64,000 bases of DNA from Candidatus Multivoradales bacterium (GTDB taxonomy: Bacteria > Acidobacteriota > Thermoanaerobaculia > Multivoradales > JAHEKO01): NCBI GenBank assembly GCA_965223875.1, contig OZ245024.1, positions 1,675,456 to 1,739,455 of the forward strand, written 5' to 3'. The notes below the pieces were generated by a model, which was given only the letters and a program-made list of their open reading frames with translations, was not told the origin of the DNA and ran no database searches. Numbering within the stretch: the first letter of the stretch is position 1; each line of letters begins with the position of its first letter. The translations under genes and the position numbers were made by a program. Shown here piece after piece: positions 25,820 through 35,685 of the stretch.

Positions 25820-26566
25820 TCACGCATCACCCTCCCCCACCCATTCGAGGGCCGCGCCGGCCAGCCGCTCGGCGCAGAGACCCAGGCGCCGGTGCAGCTC
25901 GGCCAGCCCACCGACAGCCCCGGGACGCTTCGCCAGCAGGCGCGCCACCAGCCGCCCCACCACGTGGCCTGCGGCATCGCTCGCGGCGGCGAAATCGAGC
26001 GGCAGATCGTCGCCCTGCGGGTCGCTCACCGCGCGAAGCACGGTCCAGTCGAGCGCTCGCCCCACCGCCGGCATCGTCTCGGCCGCCCAGCGGGCGAAGT
26101 GCGAGGTCTCGAGGTCGACCACGGCACGGGAAGGCTCACCCTGGAGCTTCCAGAGGGACTCCTTCTCGGCCGCCGGACCGACGATCCACTCGGCCGTGAC
26201 GACGGTGCCGTCACCCGGCGAGGGAGGACTCCAGTCGACGCCGGAGATCCCGTCGACAACCCGCCCCGCACGCACGATCTCGCCCACGCCGAGCTCGGGC
26301 GAGAGCCCCCCGGCGACACCCACGAGTAGAACGCGTTCCGGGATGCCGGTGGCCATCAGCGCCTCGAGCCCCGCGTTGAAGCGCCCATGGCCGTCCCCGA
26401 GAACGGCCGCCGAAACGTCCCGGCCCTGCCAGCGCCCGGCGTAGAGCGATCCGTGCGGCAGAGAGCCGACGCGCCGGCCACCGATGCGCTCGACCAGGGG
26501 GGAGAGCTCCCGGGCGAGAGGCGCGACGACGAGGGCCGCCGCGCGGCCGCTCTCCACGCCGCTCAT
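25820..26566 (-). CDS. Nucleoside phosphorylase-like protein (hopanoid-associated HpnG-like)
   Basis: G.AGGL...L..G, VD.E and RAVSD motifs; ATGA overlap with hpnA. Confidence 0.75.
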   Translation of the reverse strand: MSGVESGRAAALVVAPLARELSPLVERIGGRRVGSLPHGSLYAGRWQGRDVSAAVLGDGHGRFNAGLEALMATGIPERVLLVGVAGGLSPELGVGEIVRAGRVVDGISGVDWSPPSPGDGTVVTAEWIVGPAAEKESLWKLQGEPSRAVVDLETSHFARWAAETMPAVGRALDWTVLRAVSDPQGDDLPLDFAAASDAAGHVVGRLVARLLAKRPGAVGGLAELHRRLGLCAERLAGAALEWVGEGDA

Positions 26567-27570
26567 GCCGCCTCCACGTAGCCGTTGTCGCGGAACCACT
26601 CGACGGCGCGGGCGAGGGCCGCTTCCACCGGCGACTGCGGCAGGCCGAGCTCGCGCACCGCCCGATCGGCCGAGAAGTACATCCGGTGGCGAGCCAGGCG
26701 CACCGACTCGAGCGCCACCCGAGGCTCGCGGCCGAGAAGCCGGGAGACCGCGGTGTCGATGGCACCGACGGCCAGGGGCACGGCGTGAGGCAGGCGGACG
26801 CGTGGTGCGCGGCGCCCGCTCAGGTCGGCGAGAACGGAGTAGATCCGGCGCAGACTCATGTTGCTGCAGCCGAGAATGTACTTCCTCCCCGGTCGGCCGA
26901 GCTCGGCGGCCAGGAGATGCCCCACGGCGACGTCTCGGACATCGATGAGGTTGAGGCCGGTGTCGACCCAGGCGGGCACCCGGCCGTTCAGGAAGTCGAC
27001 GATGATCCGGCCGGTCGCGGTCGGCTTGACGTCGGCCTCTCCGACCGGAGTCGAGGGGTTGACGATCACCACCGGCAGGCCCTTGCCGGCCCACTCGTCG
27101 GCGACGCGCTCGGCGAGAAACTTGCTGCGCTTGTAGTGCCCCACCATGTCCTCGAGACTCACCGGCGTCTCCTCGTCCGCGGGGCTGCCGTCGGGCTCGA
27201 GGCCGAGAGCGCCCACCGAGCTCGTGTAGACCACGCGCGTCACACGGGCCCGGGCGGCCTCCGCCAGGACGTTGCGCGTCCCGTCGACGTTGGTCTCGTA
27301 GAGGTCCTCCGGCCGGCGGGCATAGAGCCGGTAGTCGGCGGCGCAGTGGTAGGCCACGTCGCAGCCGTCGAGAGCTCCGGCGAGGGAGGCCGCGTCGCGC
27401 AGATCGCCTTCGACCGCCTCCACCGGGGCGCCGGCCGGGTGCCGCAGCTTCGAGCGCTCGCGAACGAGGCAGCGCACCCCGGAGCCCGAGGCGAGGAGCT
27501 CATTCAGGAGATGACCGCCGACGAAGCCGGTCGCGCCGGTGAGAAACGCCTTCAGCCGAGGAGATTCCAC
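26563..27570 (-). CDS. hpnA: Hopanoid-associated NAD-dependent epimerase/dehydratase
   Basis: TGATGFVG, HCAADYRL, YKRSK and D.KPT.TG motifs; start is GTG 27570 or CTG 27555. Confidence 0.88.
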   Translation of the reverse strand: MESPRLKAFLTGATGFVGGHLLNELLASGSGVRCLVRERSKLRHPAGAPVEAVEGDLRDAASLAGALDGCDVAYHCAADYRLYARRPEDLYETNVDGTRNVLAEAARARVTRVVYTSSVGALGLEPDGSPADEETPVSLEDMVGHYKRSKFLAERVADEWAGKGLPVVIVNPSTPVGEADVKPTATGRIIVDFLNGRVPAWVDTGLNLIDVRDVAVGHLLAAELGRPGRKYILGCSNMSLRRIYSVLADLSGRRAPRVRLPHAVPLAVGAIDTAVSRLLGREPRVALESVRLARHRMYFSADRAVRELGLPQSPVEAALARAVEWFRDNGYVEAA

Positions 27571-28553
27571 GCCGCCATCCGCGCCATGTCCCGCGGGCTG
27601 CTGCGCAGGCCCTCCACGACCGACGCCTCGAAGCCGGAGTGCATGGCGCAGTTCCGGCACAGATCGTCCTCCCGTGACTCCCAGTAGTCCCAGTCGGTGG
27701 AGTTCCAGAACTCGTCCCAGGAGTGGGTGTAGGACTTGCCGATCAGGTAGCACGGGCCCTTCCAGCCGTTCGGCGTGAAGGTCACCGTGCTCCAGGGCGA
27801 GCAGCGGTAGTCCCGCAGGCCGGCGGCGAACTCGAGGAACATCGGCGTCGAGGTCAGCCGGTAGGTCTTCGAAAGCTCGAGGATGCGGGCGAACTTGCGC
27901 TCCATATCGGCGCGGGTCAGGAAGATGTCGCGCTCGACCGTCTCGTACTGGTAGCCGGGCGAGATCAGCATGCCGTCGACTCCGAGACCCGAGAGCAGCT
28001 CGCAGAGCTCCTCGATCTCGGCGATCTCGGTCTCGCGGAAGACGGTGGTATTGGTGATGACGTGGTATCCGCGCGCCTTCGACTCGCGGATCGCCTCGAC
28101 GGCGCGGTCGAAGACACCCTCCTGGGCACAGACATGGTCGTGCGTCTCGCGCATACCGTCGAGGTGGACGTTGACCGTCAGCCGCTTGTGCGGCGCGACG
28201 CGGCCGAACACCTTCTCGTCCATCAGCAGGGCATTGGTGCACAGATAGATGTGGCGCCGCTTCGCGATCAGCCCCTCGACCAGCTCCGGCAGCTCCGGAT
28301 AGATCGTCGGCTCGCCACCGCAGATCGACACCACCGGCGCGCCGCACTCGTCGGCCACCTCGAGGCAGCGATCGACCGACAGGCGGTCCGCGAGCTTGCC
28401 CGTGTGGCGCTCCGGGGCACAGCCGAGGCAGGCGAGGTTGCAGGTGTAGAGCGGCTCGAGCATCAGGACGTACGGGTAGCGGCTGTTGCGCCGCACGGCG
28501 TTGCGCACCTGATGCCGGATCATGTCGGTGGTGATGTGAAGAGGAAATCGCAT
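27552..28553 (-). CDS. hpnH: Adenosyl-hopene transferase, radical SAM
   Basis: LMLEPL..CNLAC.GC, GGEP, LCTNA, HLDG and C.NC.MH.GFE motifs. Confidence 0.93.
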   Translation of the reverse strand: MRFPLHITTDMIRHQVRNAVRRNSRYPYVLMLEPLYTCNLACLGCAPERHTGKLADRLSVDRCLEVADECGAPVVSICGGEPTIYPELPELVEGLIAKRRHIYLCTNALLMDEKVFGRVAPHKRLTVNVHLDGMRETHDHVCAQEGVFDRAVEAIRESKARGYHVITNTTVFRETEIAEIEELCELLSGLGVDGMLISPGYQYETVERDIFLTRADMERKFARILELSKTYRLTSTPMFLEFAAGLRDYRCSPWSTVTFTPNGWKGPCYLIGKSYTHSWDEFWNSTDWDYWESREDDLCRNCAMHSGFEASVVEGLRSSPRDMARMAAWNLLG

Positions 28554-28575
28554 CCGTGGTGGGAGCTTCGGGCCG

Positions 28576-30585
28576 TCAGGCCACCCGCTCCGCTCGCGCC
28601 GCGCGCACCGCGTCCCGATACGCCCCGAGGGTGAGCAGCGGGAAGTACGTCGCGTAGTAGTGGTAGTTGAGGTAGAAGACGCCGGGGAAACCGGTCCCCG
28701 TCCAGCTGGCGTCCGACCAGGTGCCGTCGGCCGCCTGGGTCGTCAGCAGGTACTCGAGCCCGAGGCCGACGGCCTCGTGGCTCCACTCCCCCGCCTGAAT
28801 CAGGCCGTGGATCGCCCAGGCCGTCTGCGACGCGGTGCTCTCTCCGCGCCCCTTCCAGCCGGGCTCCTCGTAGGAGCGCAGAGACTCGCCCCAGCCGCCG
28901 TCGGCATTCTGGTGCTCCAGCAGCCAGTCGACGGCCCGGCGGCAGCAGGGGTCGCTCATGTCGAAGCCCGCCGCGGCGAGTCCCGACAGGGCCAGCCAGG
29001 TGCCGTAGAGGTAGTTGGCACCCCAGCGGCCGTACCAGCTCCCGTCGGCCTCCTGCTTGTCCAGAATGAACCCGACGCCACGGCCGATCGCCGGATCCGA
29101 GCGGTCGATGCCGCAGCGCACCAGCGCCTCGACGGCCCGGCTGGTGATATCGACCGTGCTCGGATCGATCATCGCATTGTGGTCGGCGAAGGGGATGAAG
29201 GTCAGGACCTCGCGATCGCAGCCGCGATCGAAGGACGCCCAGCCGCCATCGGCGTTCTGCATCGCCAGCAGCCAGTCGACACCGCGCGACAGCGCGGCGG
29301 CGGCCCGCCGCTCGCTCACCTCGTCCGGGAAGACGACGCGAGAGAGGGCGGTCATCACCTCGGCCGTGTCGTCGCAATCGGGGTAGAACTCGTTGGCGTA
29401 CTCGAAGTACCAACCGCCGAGCGGCACCGACGGATCGACGATCTGACAGTCGCCGGGCTCGGTGACCTCACGCTCGAGCAGCCAGGCGGCCGCCGAGACG
29501 ACCGCCGGGGCGCCCGCGTCGGCGCCGCCCTCGAGCAGGGCGTTGAGCGCCTGCGAGGTGTCCCAGACCGGCGACTTGCACGGTTCGACGCGGAGCGTGT
29601 CGCCCTCTTCGAGGGTCAGTCGCTCGAGCTCGTCGATCTGCGCCGCCACCGTCGGATGGTCGGTCGAATAACCGCGGCAGGTGAAGGCGATGATCGAGTT
29701 GATGATGGGCGGGAAGATCGCTCCCAGCCCGTCGCTCTTGTCGAGCCTGGCCAGAATCCACTCTTCGCAGCGATCGAGCGCCGCCTGCCGGAAAGGCCGC
29801 AGGCCGAGCTGCTCGATCCACTTGATTCCGAGATCGACGGCCTCGAAGAAGCTCGACCAGCCCTCTTCGAGGTAGGTCCGCGCCCGCGCCCGGTGCCGCG
29901 CCGAACCGTCGACGTCGAGCTCCCCGATCGCGGCGGCCCGGGGAATCTCGCATCTGGGCTTGTAGGCCCAGATGATCGACAGCGGCACGACGATGGCCCG
30001 CGACCATGCCGACAGAGCGTAGAGACTGAACGGCAGATGGCGCGACAGGAGCACCATCTCGGGCGGCACAGCCGGGCAGAGCCTCCAGGGATACTGACCG
30101 AAGATCGCCAGGTAGATCTTCGTGTAGGAGTTGCAGGCCCGCAGGCCCCCGAGCCGACGCGCCTGGTCGCGAGCTCTCCGCATCGCTTCGCTCTCTGGAT
30201 CCTCGCCCAGGAGCTTGAGCGCGAAGTAGGCCTTGACCGTGGCGCTGACCTCCGGATCGCCACCCGGAAAGGCGCTCCAGCCGCCGTCGGAGAGCTGCGT
30301 GACGAGGAGCTGGTTCCCCGCCTTGCGGACCCGCGGCTCGCCGCCGCGTCCCAGGTAGTACATCGTCAGGATGTACTCCGACTCGAGGATCGAGTCCCCC
30401 TCGAGCTCGGCGCACCAGTGCCCATCGCTCTCCTGGAGGCCGAGCAGCGCGTCGCGCCCCCGTCCGAGAGCCGCTTCGAGTGGGTCGGCCTCCCCCGCCT
30501 CCCCGGCCGGCCCGCCCGGCCGCCCGCCCGGCCCGATCGTCGATCGGCCGTCGCTCGGTAGGCTGGGTCCTCTCGTCGGGGTCAT
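28576..30585 (-). CDS. shc: Squalene-hopene cyclase
   Basis: QW repeats (Q..DG.W), SPVWDT, GGW.FE..N..YPDCDDTA (DXDD) and GTGFP..FYL.Y motifs. Confidence 0.97.
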   Translation of the reverse strand: MTPTRGPSLPSDGRSTIGPGGRPGGPAGEAGEADPLEAALGRGRDALLGLQESDGHWCAELEGDSILESEYILTMYYLGRGGEPRVRKAGNQLLVTQLSDGGWSAFPGGDPEVSATVKAYFALKLLGEDPESEAMRRARDQARRLGGLRACNSYTKIYLAIFGQYPWRLCPAVPPEMVLLSRHLPFSLYALSAWSRAIVVPLSIIWAYKPRCEIPRAAAIGELDVDGSARHRARARTYLEEGWSSFFEAVDLGIKWIEQLGLRPFRQAALDRCEEWILARLDKSDGLGAIFPPIINSIIAFTCRGYSTDHPTVAAQIDELERLTLEEGDTLRVEPCKSPVWDTSQALNALLEGGADAGAPAVVSAAAWLLEREVTEPGDCQIVDPSVPLGGWYFEYANEFYPDCDDTAEVMTALSRVVFPDEVSERRAAAALSRGVDWLLAMQNADGGWASFDRGCDREVLTFIPFADHNAMIDPSTVDITSRAVEALVRCGIDRSDPAIGRGVGFILDKQEADGSWYGRWGANYLYGTWLALSGLAAAGFDMSDPCCRRAVDWLLEHQNADGGWGESLRSYEEPGWKGRGESTASQTAWAIHGLIQAGEWSHEAVGLGLEYLLTTQAADGTWSDASWTGTGFPGVFYLNYHYYATYFPLLTLGAYRDAVRAARAERVA

Positions 30586-30759
30586 GGTTGTTCCGGGCTG
30601 CGCCGGGAGGCGCCGTGCCAGGGTTCACCCGGACCAGGGTACAGCGACCTCCCTCGTCGGGTCACGGGCGGGAAGAATGTACAGGATGGGTTTCGGGCAT
30701 GGCAAGATCGCGCCATGAGCTCGCGGCGATGGTCCGGCTCTCCCCGCCTCCGGGAATCA

Positions 30760-31632
30760 ATGCGATCACTCGCGCCGCTCCTCATCCTCCTGCTCTCCCC
30801 CTCCCGAGCGGTCCCCGATACATCTCCCCCGGACAGGGATGGGAGCATCGCGGCGGCTGACACGCTCTGGGAGCGCCGCGCCGAGGGGCACCGTGACGGG
30901 CAGGCCGCGGCCGAGCCGATCGCGCGGGCGATCGAGGCCTACGAGCGGCTCCTCGAGGCCGACCCCGAGAACCTGGCGGTCCGTTGGAGGCTCCTCAGGG
31001 CGCTGGCCTTCAAGGGTCAGCACGTGCTCCGGGATCGTGAAGAGAAGCTGGCCCTTTACGAGCGCGGGAGAGGCCTGGCGGACGAGGGCCGGGCCCTCCT
31101 CCACGCGAGAGTCGGCCTCGCCGAGAAGGAAGACGACCCCGTAACCGTCGCCAGCGCACTCCGGTCGGAGCCCGACGCGGTCGAGATCTACTTCCAGTCC
31201 ACCGTCCAATGGGGTCTGTGGGGCAGGACGACCGGCAAGATGAAGGCGGCTCGCCAGGGTGTCGGCTCCCGGATCCGGGACTTCGCCACCGTCGTCGCCC
31301 TCCTCGACGAAGGCTTCGAGTCGGCCGGCGGCCTGCGGATCCTCGGTCGCCTCCACACCGAGGCTCCGAAGATCCCCTTCATCACCGGATGGGTCGATCA
31401 CGACCGGGCCGTCCGCGATCTCGACAGGGCCTGTCTCCTGGCCCCGGACGACCCGGACAACCAGAGATTCCTCGCCGACGCGCTGCTGCGCTTCGAGCCG
31501 AAGCGTGGCGCCGAGGCCCTCGAGCGACTGTCGATCCTGGTCGCGAGACCGCCGCGGCCGACGAGCGTCATCGAGGACCTGGCGGCCATCTCGGAGGCCC
31601 GGGCGCTGCTCGAGGAGCATCGCGAGGGCTGA
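30760..31632 (+). CDS. Exported TPR-like helical protein (TRAP T-component/TatT-like)
   Basis: Signal peptide; LDE.F..AG..R.LG.L...AP...G.......A motif resembling T-component proteins. Confidence 0.6.
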   Translation: MRSLAPLLILLLSPSRAVPDTSPPDRDGSIAAADTLWERRAEGHRDGQAAAEPIARAIEAYERLLEADPENLAVRWRLLRALAFKGQHVLRDREEKLALYERGRGLADEGRALLHARVGLAEKEDDPVTVASALRSEPDAVEIYFQSTVQWGLWGRTTGKMKAARQGVGSRIRDFATVVALLDEGFESAGGLRILGRLHTEAPKIPFITGWVDHDRAVRDLDRACLLAPDDPDNQRFLADALLRFEPKRGAEALERLSILVARPPRPTSVIEDLAAISEARALLEEHREG

Positions 31633-31649
31633 GAGACGAGCTCTCGTCG

Positions 31650-31691
31650 CGCGATCTCCCGATTCGCGGCTCCGGCCACTCCGGGATGACG
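31650..31691. repeat. Degenerate family-B repeat
   Basis: GCGATCTCCC...TCCGGGATGACG between convergent genes. Confidence 0.5.
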
Positions 31692-31704
31692 AACGGGAGA
31701 ACGA

Positions 31705-33339
31705 TCAGGACCCGCGCGCTGCCCGGACCTGCTCGACGCGCTCGATGACCGCCTCGCGCTCGGATGTCGACGCGATGTTCTTCTCGGCGGCGCGCTCGAG
31801 GCCGTCGAGGGTCGGCCCGCTCAGGTCGCCGCGCTCGAGCAGCGCCATCAGGGTGCGCCGCTGCTCGCTCGAGGCCTGGAGATCCCCGACTCCGGAGAGG
31901 TAGGCCCTCCACAGGCGCTCCGAGCCCGGGCAGACCCTGGCGCTCTCGATCAGCAGGTCGGCGGCGATACTCGTCGAGGCCACACGGGAGCTCGACTCGA
32001 TCCACTCGTCGCAGAGCGGCTCGGAGAGATCACTCGCTCGCGACAGGGCCAGGAAGGCCCGCCGGAGCTCGCTGGAGGCCGAGATCGACGAGGCCGCCTG
32101 GATGTACTCGCGGCCCAGTGTGTCGGAGAGGACGGAGTCGGTGAAGGCGACTCCGGCATCCGCCGGCGGAGTCTCCAGAGCGGGCTCGAGGTCCGCGGCC
32201 TCCTCGACGAGCTCCTCGGCTCCCTCGGCGACGACTTCCGGGTCGTCGACCGGCTCCGGGTCGTCGACCCGCTCCGTATCGTCGACAACCTCGGGCCCGC
32301 CACCCCTCTTGCCTCTGGCCGTAGCCAGGAACGGCGCCATCGCGGTCAGCGCGGTCGCACGCTCCGACGACGCGCTGATGCCGTGGACGACCTCGAAGGC
32401 TCGCGAGTAGACCTCCTCGGGAAGCTCGGGACGGGCGACCAGCTCGGTCAGGGCCCGGCGCCGCTCGCCCGACGAAGCGATGGTGTCGACCGTTTCGAGA
32501 AGCGCCATGGCGACCTCGGGCGTCGGCTCGATCTCGTGGAGACTGGAGACGGCCCGCGCTTTCTCGGAGCCCGCCCCGATCGTCGACGCGACCTCGGCGA
32601 ACCTGTCGGCGTCGTCACCGATGCCCCGGTGCCGGGCCACCTCGACCAGGGTGTGTCGCTTCTCGGAGCTCGAAGCGATCTCCTCCGCGGCCTCAGTGAA
32701 CGCCTGGTTGAGCTGCCAGTCGACCGGCCAGCGCTCGGAGAGATCCACCAGAGTGGCGCGAAGTCGCGAGCTCGAGGAGATCTCCCCGCCGGCGGTCTCT
32801 ACGATCCTGCGCGCCAGGGTCTCGTCGAGACCCTCCATCTCGGCCGCCGCCTCCAGGTAGATCCGCCTTGCGGAGTTCGATCGCAGGCCGCCGACCTCGT
32901 AGAGGAGAGCGTCGAGCCCCTCCTCATCGAGCAGACGCCGAGCCCGCGCATGGGCGCCGACGGTGGTCGAGCGCACGATCGAGTGCATCACCGTGTCGAG
33001 GTACGCCTTGCCCTCCTCGGCCGGGCGCTTCCGGGCTCCGACCTTGTAGGAGTACACGGGGCGGCCGTCGGCGTCGGGGCGCACCTCCAGCTTCTTACGA
33101 GAGGTGAACCGGCGCTGCCTCACCTCGAGCACCGCGTCGGGGCTCATGCGGACGATCTCGGCTTGCTCGGAGTCAAGCTCGATGTCGCCCTCCCAGGCGA
33201 TGCGGAAGCTGGTCAGAAGCGTCGACTTGTAGCTCTGGTGGCGCAGCGAGTCGTACTCGCCGATGAAGTCGGCCTCCGCGGCGACGAACGCCAGCACGGT
33301 GACGGCGATGGCGGTGATGATCAGGGCGCGTTGGGACAT
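31705..33339 (-). CDS. Exported protein with ~38-aa helical (HEAT-like) repeats
   Basis: Recurrent I(A/S)SS.E.R..L motif; signal peptide; GGAG SD. Confidence 0.75.
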   Translation of the reverse strand: MSQRALIITAIAVTVLAFVAAEADFIGEYDSLRHQSYKSTLLTSFRIAWEGDIELDSEQAEIVRMSPDAVLEVRQRRFTSRKKLEVRPDADGRPVYSYKVGARKRPAEEGKAYLDTVMHSIVRSTTVGAHARARRLLDEEGLDALLYEVGGLRSNSARRIYLEAAAEMEGLDETLARRIVETAGGEISSSSRLRATLVDLSERWPVDWQLNQAFTEAAEEIASSSEKRHTLVEVARHRGIGDDADRFAEVASTIGAGSEKARAVSSLHEIEPTPEVAMALLETVDTIASSGERRRALTELVARPELPEEVYSRAFEVVHGISASSERATALTAMAPFLATARGKRGGGPEVVDDTERVDDPEPVDDPEVVAEGAEELVEEAADLEPALETPPADAGVAFTDSVLSDTLGREYIQAASSISASSELRRAFLALSRASDLSEPLCDEWIESSSRVASTSIAADLLIESARVCPGSERLWRAYLSGVGDLQASSEQRRTLMALLERGDLSGPTLDGLERAAEKNIASTSEREAVIERVEQVRAARGS

Positions 33340-33467
33340 CGATGTCTCCCTCGGTGCGGGCTCACGGCGGTTCGAGCCCAGGGTAACCGGTCACGCGGCG
33401 AGAGCGGTCTCGCCGCGTCATTCTGGATAACGCAATCGGCCGCCGGAGGGTTCTCGCCGCGGTGCCG

Positions 33468-35537
33468 TCAGCCGAGTCCGAGGGCGTCGAGCAGGAACGC
33501 GTACTCCTGGGCCCGCTCGCGCCACACCTCGTAGCGGCCCGACGGACCGGCGTGACCGGCGCCCATGTAGGTCCGCAGCGCCAGGAGGTTGTCGTCGGTC
33601 TTGAGTGCCCGCAGCCGGGCGACCCACTTGGCGGGCTCCCAGTACTGCACCCGTGGATCGTTGAGGCCGGCGGTTACCAGCATCGCCGGGTAGTCCTTCG
33701 CCTCGACGTTGTCGTATGGCGAGTAGGAGAGCATGTACTCGAAGTACTCCCGGTCCTGCGGGTTGCCCCACTCCTCGAACTCGATGACGGTCAACGGGAT
33801 CGACCGGTCGAGCATGGTGTTGACGACGTCGACGAAGGGCACCCTGGCGACGACCGCGGCGAACAGATCGGGCCTCATGTTGATCGCGGCGCCGACCAGC
33901 AGGCCGCCGGCGCTACCGCCCCTCAGGGCGAGTCGGTCGGGCGCCGTGTAGTCGGTCGCCACGAGGTGGTCGGCGGCGGCGATCAGATCGTCGAACGAGT
34001 TGCGCTTGGTCAGCATGCGGCCGCCCTCGTGCCAGGCCTTGCCGAGCATCCCGCCGCCTCGCACGTGAGCGATGGCGTAGACGAAGCCCCGGTCGAGCAG
34101 CGAGACCAGCACGGGCGAGAAGATCGGGTCGATGACCGAGCCGTAGGCCCCGTAGCCGTGCAGCAGGCAGGGGGCACCGCCGTCGATCGCCAGATCGGCG
34201 CGGTGGACGATCGAGATCGGAACGCCGACGCCGTTCGAGTCCGCCGTCAGGCGCGTGGTGTGGTAGCGCGAGGCGTCGTAGCCGCCGAGCACCTCCTGGA
34301 CCTTGAGCACCGTCAGCTCGAGGGCTCCCATGTCGCAGGAGAAGATCGTCGACGGCGTCACCATCGATGTGTAGCCGAAGCGCAGGCGGTCGGTATCGAA
34401 CTCGGGATTCGCGTCGCGCCGGACGGTGTAGACCGACTCGGGCAGCTCGACATCGCGACCGGCCTCCAGACGGCCTGCCTCGTCGAAGGCGTGGACCCTG
34501 AGCTCGAGCAGGCCCTCTCGACGCTGCCAGACGACCAGGTGGCCGGCGAAGAGGTCGACGCCCTCGAGCTTGACGTCGGTGCGATGCGCCACCAGCTCTT
34601 CGTCCTTCGCCGAGCCGTCGACGGGTCGACGCACCAGCCGGAAGTTCTCCGCCGCCCGCTCGCCTGGCCCCCGATTGACCAGCAGGTAGAAGGCGTCGCC
34701 CCGATGGTCGACGTAGTACTCGACGCCCGGGATCCGGGGCTCGATGCAACGCGGCTCGGCTTCCGGCCGGTGGGCGGGGAGATGCCAGACCTCGCTCGTC
34801 ACCGCGCTGGCCGTCGTGATCAGCAGGCGTCCGCGGCTGCGTGTCAGCTCGACGGAGACGAAGAACGCCTCGTCGTCCTCCCGGAAGACCACCGTGTCGC
34901 CGCTCTCGTCGCCGAGCCCATGTCTGAAGACCTTGTAGGGCCGCTTCGCCGCGTCGAGGGTGGTGTAGAGCAGCGTCGCGCTGTCCGTCGCCCAGGCGAT
35001 CGTTCCCGCCAGCCCACCGATGCGATCCTCGAGCCAATCGCCGCTGGCGAGGTCCCGGACCCTGAGCTCGAACGACTCGCCGCCCGAGACATCGACACAG
35101 ATCGCCAGCAGTCGATGGTCCGGGCTGACCTCGACGGCACCCAGCCGAAGATAGTCGCGCCCCTCGGCCAGCTCGTTGACGTCGAGGATGACCTCCTCGT
35201 CGGCATCGACGTCACCAGCCTTGCGACAGTAGATCGGGTACTGGCGGCCCTTCTCCGTGCGGCTGTAGTAGAGCCAGTCGCCCAGCCGCACCGGGACCGT
35301 GAGGTCGGTCTCCTTGATCCGGCCGACGAACTCCTCGTAGAGAGTCTCCTCGAGCTCGCCCAGGTGTGCGAGAGCGGCGTCGGCGTAGGCGTTCTCGGCC
35401 TCGAGGTAGGCCATCGCTCCGCCGTCGCCGCGCTGGGCCAGCCAGGCGTAGTCGTCGACCAGCTTCCGTCCATGAACCTCGACGATCTTCGACCGACGGG
35501 GCGCCTCGGGAGGTGACGGATGGAGGGATCGCGACAT
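33468..35537 (-). CDS. ptrB: Oligopeptidase B (S9A)
   Basis: DDY.WL, GYGAYG, HVRGGG, GGSAGG, EWGNP, D.RV..WEPAKW and GH motifs. Confidence 0.95.
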   Translation of the reverse strand: MSRSLHPSPPEAPRRSKIVEVHGRKLVDDYAWLAQRGDGGAMAYLEAENAYADAALAHLGELEETLYEEFVGRIKETDLTVPVRLGDWLYYSRTEKGRQYPIYCRKAGDVDADEEVILDVNELAEGRDYLRLGAVEVSPDHRLLAICVDVSGGESFELRVRDLASGDWLEDRIGGLAGTIAWATDSATLLYTTLDAAKRPYKVFRHGLGDESGDTVVFREDDEAFFVSVELTRSRGRLLITTASAVTSEVWHLPAHRPEAEPRCIEPRIPGVEYYVDHRGDAFYLLVNRGPGERAAENFRLVRRPVDGSAKDEELVAHRTDVKLEGVDLFAGHLVVWQRREGLLELRVHAFDEAGRLEAGRDVELPESVYTVRRDANPEFDTDRLRFGYTSMVTPSTIFSCDMGALELTVLKVQEVLGGYDASRYHTTRLTADSNGVGVPISIVHRADLAIDGGAPCLLHGYGAYGSVIDPIFSPVLVSLLDRGFVYAIAHVRGGGMLGKAWHEGGRMLTKRNSFDDLIAAADHLVATDYTAPDRLALRGGSAGGLLVGAAINMRPDLFAAVVARVPFVDVVNTMLDRSIPLTVIEFEEWGNPQDREYFEYMLSYSPYDNVEAKDYPAMLVTAGLNDPRVQYWEPAKWVARLRALKTDDNLLALRTYMGAGHAGPSGRYEVWRERAQEYAFLLDALGLG

Positions 35538-35685
35538 CGGCAGCGACGAAGGAAGACCGGAGGGGAACCGGAGCGATTGTCCCGGGGCCGGGCGATTATC
35601 ACATCCGAGTCAACCCTTTGCGAAACACAGGTGTCCAATACACGTAGGTTTCAGACAACAAGCCACTGACGACCCAGGAGGCCCG

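Noticed and set aside
24422-26329. 635-aa plus-strand ORF and similar long ORFs (13221, 28660, 33462, 37759, 52560, 57342, 59404)
   Set aside because: Antisense or off-frame shadows of well-supported genes, expected at this GC content
28576-30585. Oxidosqualene (sterol) cyclase
   Set aside because: Has the DXDD motif (DCDDTA) of squalene-hopene cyclases rather than DCTAE; hpnH/hpnA neighbours; no squalene epoxidase
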